DNA from: Acidobacteriota bacterium
GTDB taxonomy: Bacteria; Acidobacteriota; Blastocatellia; Pyrinomonadales; Pyrinomonadaceae
NCBI GenBank assembly: GCA_020200235.1
Contig: JAIVJC010000008.1
Span: forward strand, 449 to 64,448
Direction: 5' to 3'
DNA: 64,000 bases
Shown: positions 22,052-29,472 of the stretch, in pieces
Layout of the letters: each line of letters starts with the position of its first letter
Position numbering within the stretch: position 1 is the stretch's first letter
The notes under the pieces: generated by a model
The model's input: the letters and a program-made list of their open reading frames with translations, nothing else
Databases searched by the model: none
Told to the model about the DNA's origin: nothing
Translations under genes and position numbers: made by a program

Positions 22052-22568
22052 TCACCTCTTCTGCGCAGCCAGCTCGCTCTCGACCGCCGCGCTCAGCTTC
22101 TCCAGCGGCGTCTGCCGCGTCCTTCCACTCGTTCTGCTTCTCGTAAATCAGGTCGTGCATCTCCCAGAACTTGCCCTGCATCCCCGCGGCTTCCGCGGCG
22201 AGCGCGGCTTCGGCGGCGTGCCTGTGGATCTCGCGCAGCGGGAAGTTGCGGAAGGCGACGCCGACCTGCGTCGGGTACTTCGCGACGAGCTGCTTGAGGA
22301 CGCCGTGCATCAACCCGCAGGTCGGGCACTGGAAGTCGCTGAACTCCTCGAGCTTCACGGGAGCGTCGGCGCGACCGCGCACGCGCGCGGGCGGCGAGTC
22401 GTCGGCGACCGCCGCGCGCGCCGGGCGCGGGGCGTTCGGCGCGGCGTTGGTGGCGGCGCTCGCAGCCGGCTTCACGTCGCTCGAAGGCGAGCGCATCAGG
22501 AGCGCCCCGCCGCCGAGCGCGACGAGGAGGACGACGGCGATGATCAGTACGGGCAGAGTTTTTTTCAT
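22052..22568 (-). pseudogene. DsbA/thioredoxin-4 family protein interrupted by a deletion plus frameshift near 22108
   Basis: FSDFQCPTC, FRNFPL and QGKFWEMHD motifs are present. After EWKDAAD the frame jumps to TPLEKLSAAVESELAAQKR* and the GTPT cis-Pro region is missing. Confidence 0.75.
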
Positions 22569-22829
22569 AAAGTTTTCGACAACGTCGGGCGCGCCGCGCT
22601 GATTTCAGAGCGCGCGCGACCGTTCACGCGAGGCTGAGGTGCGCGCTCAGCCGGGACGCGCCTTGTGGATTTCGGTCTCTGCTAGTATAAAAGCAAACGA
22701 CTCTTTAATCACTACGTCAGAACTATTTATTGCGCCGGCCACGCGGGACTCGCCGCCGCTCAGGTTTCGGTTGACGCCGCGCGGGTACGAAGGCGCACGC
22801 GCTCTGCTTCGGGGAGGTCGGCTCTAACG

Positions 22830-23489
22830 ATGTCGCAGAACACCGCCACGACACTCGACAGCGGCGAAGGCGCAGCCGCCACGCTCTACGACCGTTTCGC
22901 GAACCTCTACGATCTCACCTTCAGGTTCAACCGCTACAGCAACTCGTTGGAGCGTTACCTGCGCGAGCGCGCGCTCCCGCTCCCCGACGGCGCGCGCGTC
23001 CTCGACGCCGGGTGCGGCACGGGGCTGCTCACACTCGCGCTGCTCCGCACGCTCAAACGCCCCTCAGAAGTCACCGCCTTCGATCTCTCCGCTCCTTCCC
23101 TGCTCAAAGCACTCTCCGCCGTGAAGAAGCTCGGCGGGCGCCCGCGCCACCGCGTCAGCTTCCTCCAGGCGAACCTGCTCGCGCTCCCCTTCGCCGCGGA
23201 GACTTTCGACTTCGTCGTGACCAGCGGCGCGCTCGAATACGTCCCGCTCGGCGAAGGGCTCGCGGAGCTGGCGCGCGTCACGAAGCCCGGCGGCTGCCTG
23301 CTGCACCTGCCCGTGCGCCCCGCCCTCGCGAGCAAGCTGCTCGAAATCATGTTCCGCTTCAAAACCCACCCGCCCGCCGAGGTCGAGCGCCACACGCGCC
23401 GCCACTTCCACCTGATCGAACGTCACCGCTTCGATCCTCTCGAACCCATCGGCTGGACGAAAGAAGCCATACTCGCGCAAAAGCCGTGA
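22830..23489 (+). CDS. Class I SAM-dependent methyltransferase
   Basis: VLDAGCGTG, LPFAAETFDFV and ARVTKPGG motifs. Confidence 0.88.
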   Translation: MSQNTATTLDSGEGAAATLYDRFANLYDLTFRFNRYSNSLERYLRERALPLPDGARVLDAGCGTGLLTLALLRTLKRPSEVTAFDLSAPSLLKALSAVKKLGGRPRHRVSFLQANLLALPFAAETFDFVVTSGALEYVPLGEGLAELARVTKPGGCLLHLPVRPALASKLLEIMFRFKTHPPAEVERHTRRHFHLIERHRFDPLEPIGWTKEAILAQKP

Positions 23490-23494
23490 CCAAA

Positions 23495-23611
23495 AAGTAC
23501 TGTGTACTGAGTACTGTGTACTGAGTGAAAGATGATCTCTCGCTCTCGCTTTCGTTACTGCTCTTGCTCCTATCTCAGTACTCAGTACTCAGTACTCAGT
23601 ACTCAGTACTT
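23495..23611. repeat. Inverted heptamer-repeat element (GTACTGW x4 / CTCAGTA x5) between convergent genes
   Basis: aagtactgtgtactgagtactgtgtactgagt ... (ctcagta)5 ctt, with an inner ctctcg/ctcttg hexamer run. Confidence 0.9.
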
Positions 23612-23618
23612 CTTTTCA

Positions 23619-24776
23619 TCACTGCTTGTTGAAGTGCTCGATGACTACGCGCGCGACGGTGGGGATGATGTCGCGCTCGTTCGCCTGATTCTCGGTGAAG
23701 GTGACGACGACGAAGCGCGCCCCGTTCGGCAGCTCGATGTAGGCGGCGTCGTGCCGCGTGGTCGAAGTCCAGCCAGCCTTCGACCAGAGCCGCGCGCCGG
23801 GGAAGTCTTCGAGGGCGATGCCCGTGAAGCCGTGCGCCTGATCGTCGGCGTCCTTCGACTCGCCCGCGAAGTCGCGCTTCAAAAGCGACCTCATCGCGGC
23901 GCTGCGCGCCGGGGTGACGGCGCGATCCGTGGCGATCTCGGCGAGCAGGCGCGCGACGGCGTCGGTCGTGAGCTTGTTGCGGTTCTCGCCCTTCGCGCCG
24001 CGCGAGAAGCGCTCGCGCCCGTAGGCGTCCTCGCAGAAAGTCTTCTGGTTCGTGTTGATGTTCGTGTAGCCGAGCGAGGCGAAGTAGCGGTTGACGGCGT
24101 CGCGCTTCTGCTGCCAACGCTTCATCTCCGCGCCCTGAAGCTCCCTGCCGCTCGTCGTGTCCGTGAGCATGTCGAGGACGTAGCCGGTCGCGTCGTTGGA
24201 AGAATCGACGATCATGTCGCGCAGCGCGCGCTTCAGCTCGTCGGTCTCCTTGAGCCTCCCGTCTTCGAGCAGGCGGTGCGCGTAGGCGAGGTAGAAGAGC
24301 TTGACGACGCTCGCCGGGTAGATGCGCTCGTTGCCGCGGAAACTCCCCTGGGCGGGGCGCGCCGTGTCGCGCAGGTCGATGACCGTGATCGCGAGCTGAC
24401 TCTCCGTCAGCTTTTTACCGGCGAACTTCTTCAACGCAGCGCGCGCCGCCGCGTCGACTAACGACTGAAGCTCCGGCGACTGCGCGGGCATCAGCCGGGT
24501 CGTCGATGCGGGCTGTGTTTTGTTCGCCGACTTTTTACGCGCAGACGCGCCTGATGGCGTGATGATAGACAAAACTACCGCGGCGAAGAATAGACCTCTT
24601 GCGAAAGTGGCGACAGGTCGGAACCGCCTGCGGTAGCGGGCGGGTGTGTGCGACGTAAGAGACCCGCCCGCTACCGCAGGCGGTTCCGACTTGAGAGACC
24701 CGCCCGCTACCGCAGGCGGTTCCGACTTGATAGCGACGCGCGACGTTCGCAAGATGTCTAATATTTTTTTGCTCAT
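23619..24776 (-). CDS. Class A beta-lactamase-like serine hydrolase (putative penicillin-binding/DD-peptidase)
   Basis: YPASVVK (SxxK), DSSNDAT (SxN) and SKAGW (KxG) motifs. Its ATG overlaps the gltS stop (ATGA). Confidence 0.85.
   Translation of the reverse strand: MSKKILDILRTSRVAIKSEPPAVAGGSLKSEPPAVAGGSLTSHTPARYRRRFRPVATFARGLFFAAVVLSIITPSGASARKKSANKTQPASTTRLMPAQSPELQSLVDAAARAALKKFAGKKLTESQLAITVIDLRDTARPAQGSFRGNERIYPASVVKLFYLAYAHRLLEDGRLKETDELKRALRDMIVDSSNDATGYVLDMLTDTTSGRELQGAEMKRWQQKRDAVNRYFASLGYTNINTNQKTFCEDAYGRERFSRGAKGENRNKLTTDAVARLLAEIATDRAVTPARSAAMRSLLKRDFAGESKDADDQAHGFTGIALEDFPGARLWSKAGWTSTTRHDAAYIELPNGARFVVVTFTENQANERDIIPTVARVVIEHFNKQ
24617..24726. repeat. Three 29-bp REP-like units: one forward (24617-24645) and two reverse (24662-24690, 24698-24726)
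   Basis: GTCGGAACCGCCTGCGGTAGCGGGCGGGT and its exact reverse complement twice, with a 36-bp tandem period. Confidence 0.9.
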
Positions 24777-26059
24777 TTGATCCAGTTGGCGAAGGCGGTG
24801 ATGACGACGGCGTTCGTGAAGTCGATGAAGAACGCGCCGACGACGGGGACGACGAGGAAGCTGCGCGGCGCGGGACCGAAGCGGGCGGCGAGCGCCTCCA
24901 TGTTGGCGACGGCGTTGGGCGTGATGCCGAGCCCGAAGCCGATGTGGCCGCTCGACGTGACCGCCGCCTCGTAATCGCGCCCCATCAAAACGAAAGTCAC
25001 GAAGACGGCGTAGAGGATCATCAGCACGACCTGCGCCGCGAGGATGACGAGCATCGGCACGGCGAGACCGGCGAGCTGCCACAGCTTCAAGTCCATCAGG
25101 GCGATGACGAGGAAGAGCGCGAGCGCGACGGTTCCGAGCGCGTCCATCGCGCGCGTGTCGATGCGCAGCCACCCGTATCGGTCGTCGAGGTTGCGCGCGA
25201 CGCCGGCGACGAGCATCGTGCCGACGTAGCCGGGCAGCGTGATGCCTCCCCGCGTCGCCGCGAAACTGATCAGCGCGCCCACACCCATCGCGAGCAGGAT
25301 CAAGAGTAGGTTCCTCAACAGCTCGCCCGGCTCCGTCGTGCGCGCCTCGTCTTTTGCGCGCACAGCCGCGTCCGTCACAGGCGTCTCTTCGTCGGGTGGA
25401 GCCATCGAGCCTATCGCCCAGAACTGCTCCGAGCCGTCGTCCTTCTGCTTCGAGGGCTTCGGCGCGAGGCGGCGTCGCCGGATGAGCGCGGTCGCGACCG
25501 GGTTGCCGACGAGGCTGGAGACGAAGATGCCGAAGGTCGCCGACGCGATGATGAGCGCGCCAGCGCCAGCGACGCCCTTCTGCTCGAAGAGAGACGTGAA
25601 GGCGAGACCCGTCGCGGGTCCGCCCGTCAGCGTCAGCGAGCCGCAGATGATGCCGAGCGCGGGCGGGGCTTTGAGCGCGAGCGCGACGGCGATCCCTGCG
25701 AAATTCTGCACGACCGCCATGAGCGACGCGATGATGAAGAAGAAGATCATGCGCGCGCCGCCCGCGCGCAGCAGCCCGAGCGTCGCGCCGTAGCCGATGG
25801 TCGTGAAGAAGGCGGTTTGCAGCGGCGCGCGCAGGGTCGAATCTATCGTGACGCCCAGCGGCGCGTAGCGGCGCAATATCATCACGAGCGCGGCGAACAG
25901 CAGTCCCCCGATGGCCGCCGAAGGGATGCTCGCGCGCGCGAACACCCCGACGCGGCGTTGCAGCCACCCGCCCACGAAGAGGAAGAGCGCGGCGAGCGCG
26001 AGCGTCAGCACGAGATCGAGCTTGAGCGTGCGCAAGCCTTCGATGATTGTCAGTTCCAT
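24773..26059 (-). CDS. gltS: Sodium/glutamate symporter
   Basis: IP...IGG, FFTTIG, LTGGPATG, ATFG...GNP, GRDYEAAV, GFGLGITPNAVANM and FLVVPVVGAFFID motifs. Confidence 0.9.
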   Translation of the reverse strand: MELTIIEGLRTLKLDLVLTLALAALFLFVGGWLQRRVGVFARASIPSAAIGGLLFAALVMILRRYAPLGVTIDSTLRAPLQTAFFTTIGYGATLGLLRAGGARMIFFFIIASLMAVVQNFAGIAVALALKAPPALGIICGSLTLTGGPATGLAFTSLFEQKGVAGAGALIIASATFGIFVSSLVGNPVATALIRRRRLAPKPSKQKDDGSEQFWAIGSMAPPDEETPVTDAAVRAKDEARTTEPGELLRNLLLILLAMGVGALISFAATRGGITLPGYVGTMLVAGVARNLDDRYGWLRIDTRAMDALGTVALALFLVIALMDLKLWQLAGLAVPMLVILAAQVVLMILYAVFVTFVLMGRDYEAAVTSSGHIGFGLGITPNAVANMEALAARFGPAPRSFLVVPVVGAFFIDFTNAVVITAFANWIK

Positions 26060-26070
26060 CAGTCACGCCT

Positions 26071-27740
26071 TCACTGTAGCTTCACTTCAGAGTCCGGGGG
26101 CGGGGCCGTGCCGTCTCCCGTGCCTGCGCCTGAGCCAGCATCGCCTTGGACGCGCGGCGGCGGCGGCGGGGGCGGCGGTTCGCCGCCCCCGGCGAGTCGC
26201 ATGTAGCCCAGCGCGAGCAGTTGCGTTCCGAGGTGGTACGTCGCCAAGCCTCTCAGGCCGCCGATCAGGCTGGGGAAGATGAACAGCGCGTTGGTCAGGA
26301 TCACGGGGGCGTAGAGGACGACGATCCTTGAGCGCACGAAGCTCCAGCGCCGTGGCCCCGCGCCGCCGGGGAATCCGAGGCGCAGCCACAGACAGACGGG
26401 CACGACCCAGTAGGCAATCCTCAGAGCCAAGTACAGCCAAACCGATCCGGTGAAGAAGACGATGAACGACACGTCGGCCACGTGATAGAGTGCCAGTACG
26501 CCGGCGATCGCGTAGAATGCGCGGCTCAGGCGCGTGCTCCTGGCGGCGGCGCCGCGCCTGATGACGGTCGCGAAGACGACCAGCCCGATTAAAGCTAGCC
26601 AGAGGCTGAGGACGTAGAAGATCAGATCGAGGCGGTTCACGGCGTCCTGCCAACTCTGCTCGCCGAGCAGCAGAGCCGTGACCCAGTACACTCGCCCCAC
26701 CCGCGCACCCTCTCCCAAAGTCGCGTCGGCAAGCCGGGCTGCCGCCGCCACTCGGGCGGCAGCAACGCCGCCTCTTCGATCTCGGCGGCGGCGGCGCGGG
26801 CGTAGGCGACGGCGTAGAAGGTGAAAATGGCGAGCACAGTGCAGATCGGGATGAGCGCGTAGGGCGACCAGTTCTGCCAGAGCGGCCTGCCAGCGGGGAC
26901 GAGGTAGAGCATGAGCCCCCACGTGCCGAGGGTGGATGCCAGAATCTCGAACTGCCAAGCGTTGCTCGCGAACGGCGAACGCTGGCCGGGCTCGACGGGG
27001 AAGGTCAGCTTGTCCAACGCCGAAGTGGTGTCACCGGTCGCCTTGACGATCTTCGCGCCGAGCGCGCCGAGCGCCCCGATCTTTCTCCGCAGCACGTAGA
27101 AGTAGGCCTCCGAGATGATGAGCGCGAAAGGCAACGCGTAGATCCACGTCCGCAGATCGAAATCGAGCTTGGCGTCGAGCACCGCCATCTCGAAGAGGAA
27201 TGCCTTGTCCGTCCGCTCTTCCAGGCCCTGCGTGCACGTCTCCAGCTTCTCCTGCCGCGCCTCGAGCGCGGCCCGCTCTTCCTCCTGCTGGCGCTTCCTC
27301 TCGGCACCTGTCGGTTCCGCCTGCGAGGCGGCAGAAGGCATGCCCGCTTGACGGCTCGCCGGTGAGGGCTGCGGCGTGGCCGCCGACGCGGCTTCGGCAT
27401 TCGCGTCTGGCTGCGGGCTCGCGTCGGGCGTGGGCGAGGCTGGCAGCGTTGCGCACTGTGGCCCGGCCCCAATCTCTTCGCCCCCGTACTTCGTCCTGCT
27501 GAAGTCGAACGGCCCGCGGTAGATGTTCAGGTTGAGCGGCTTCTGCACGAGTTCGCAACTGAGCTGTTCGCACTCTTTGCGGAGTTTGCTGAACTCGCCC
27601 GCGCCGATCTTTTCAAAGGCGCGCGAGAAGGTGAGGGCGAGGACGAGCACGATGCCGAAGCGTGTCAGGTTCAGGCGCGTCAGCCGCGTCGAGAGCTTGT
27701 CCTGCGCCTCGCGTAGATTCTTGAAGGGATCGTCGCTCAT
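26071..27740 (-). pseudogene. Multi-pass membrane hypothetical protein split by a frameshift near 26695
   Basis: The 27740 ORF is protein-like up to ...WERVRGWG; the hydrophobic sequence continues in another frame (RVYWVTALLL...) to 26071. Confidence 0.55.
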
Positions 27741-27824
27741 GGGAGTAGCGGGGATGATTTACGTGCGCGCCCCGAAGCCGGCAGTCGGCGCGTGGGACGG
27801 CGGGCGACGGCGGATCGCCGACTG

Positions 27825-29384
27825 TCAGGGCGACGCCGCTTCGTAGACGACGCGACCGTCCATGATCGTCGTCGTCACCTTCGCCTTCTCGATCTCGACC
27901 GGGTCGATCTTAAAGATGTCGCGGTCGATGATGACGAGGTCGGCGAGCTTGCCGGGGGCGAGCGTGCCCTTCACGTCGTCTGTGAACTCGGCGAAGGCGG
28001 AGCCGACGGTGTAGGCGCGCACGGCTTCCTCGACCGTGATCTTCTGCTCGGGAATCCACCCGCCGGGGTTCTTGCCGTCGAGCGTGCGCCGCGTGGCGGC
28101 GGCGTAGACGCCGAAGAGCGGGTTCAGCGGCGCGACGTACCAGTCGGTGCCGAAGGCGAGGGTCGCGCCGGTGTCGAGCAGGGTGCGGAACGCGTAGGTC
28201 GTCTCGGCGCGCTTGTGACCGATGCGCTTCTCAGCCCAGCGACCGTCGTCGATGCAGTGGTAGGGCTGCATCGAGGCGATGACGCGGGCGCGCCCGAAGC
28301 GCGCGATGTCTTCGGCGCGGATGTGCTGCGCGTGCTCGATGCGGAAACGACGGTCGCGCGCGCCGCCTTCCTTTTCCAGTCGCTCGTAGAAGGAGAGGAT
28401 CGTGTCGTTCGCCTGGTCGCCGATGGCGTGGATCATCACCTGGAGCCCGGCGCGGTCGGCGGCGAGGACGCGCTCGTACATTTTCTCGGGCGGGAACATC
28501 TCGTCGCTCGGCAGACCCGACGTGTCGGGCGCGTCGTTGTAGGGCGCGAAGAAGAGGGCGGTGGTCGAGCCGAGGCTGCCGTCGGCGAATCCCTTGAGAC
28601 CGCCGATGCGTATGAGGTCGCCGCCGAAGCGAGCGCGCACGCCCACGCCCGCGATGCGCTGCCACGCCGAGAGCGGCGAGACGGCGTAGACCCTCGTCTT
28701 CATCTCGCCGCGCGCGGCGAGGTACTGGTAGACGCCCACGTCCGTGCCCGCGCTCATGTCCTGCACGCTCGTCACGCCTAGCCCGGCGGCGTGGTTCGTC
28801 GCGGCGCGAGCGTAGTCGAGCCGCTCGTCCCAGGAAGGATCGGGAATCTTCGCGTAGACGAAACTCTGCGCCGCGTCTTTCAAGACGCCGGTCGGCTCTT
28901 TGGTCTTCGCGTCGCGGACGATGAGACCGCCGGGCGGGTCGGGCGTCTCCTTCGTCACCCCGGCGAGCTTGAGGGCGACGCTGTTGGCGAGCCCCATGTG
29001 ACCGTCGAGCCGGTTGACGAAGACCGGATGATCGGGCGTGACGCGATCGATCATCTCCTTCGTCGGGAGCGCGGCGGGCGTCCAGCGCTCGTGATCCCAG
29101 TCGCCGCCGGTGATCCAGCGACCCTTCGGCGTCTTCGCGGCGAACTCGCCGATGCGGCGCGCGAACTCCTCCGGGCTCGCGGCGTCGCGCAGTTGCACGG
29201 ACGCCAGGTGCTGACCGCCGTCCGTGAAATGCACGTGGGAGTCGTTGAAGCCGGGCAGGACCAGCGCGCCGCGTGCGTCGATGACGCGCGTCCGCTTGCC
29301 CGCGAGTTTGCGAATTTCGGCGGTCGTCCCGACGGCGGCGATGCGGTTGCCGAAGACCGCGACGGCTTGGGCGCTCGGTCGCTG
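27825..29384 (-). pseudogene. Amidohydrolase-3 (YtcJ-like) lacking its 5' end
   Basis: [41 protein letters not shown] and GKLAD motifs. Homology runs upstream to [10 protein letters not shown], then hits TAG with no start codon. Confidence 0.75.
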
Positions 29385-29472
29385 CTACGATTACAGCCGG
29401 AACGGGGGCGTAGTGTATCATCTGCGCGAGTCCCCCGGTAAACATTTTCGCGCTCCCCCGGAAGCTTCCCTC

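Noticed and set aside
24617..24730. Possible mini CRISPR array
   Set aside because: The units are in mixed orientation, spacers are only 7-16 bp, and no cas genes are present; this fits REP elements.
23619..26066. 815-aa ORF suggesting a large fusion protein
   Set aside because: Its first ~430 codons are an Arg-rich shadow frame over gltS; the real gene starts at ATG 24776.
29385..29430. Possible tRNA or riboswitch start upstream of the amidohydrolase
   Set aside because: No cloverleaf, T-loop or recognisable aptamer could be built.
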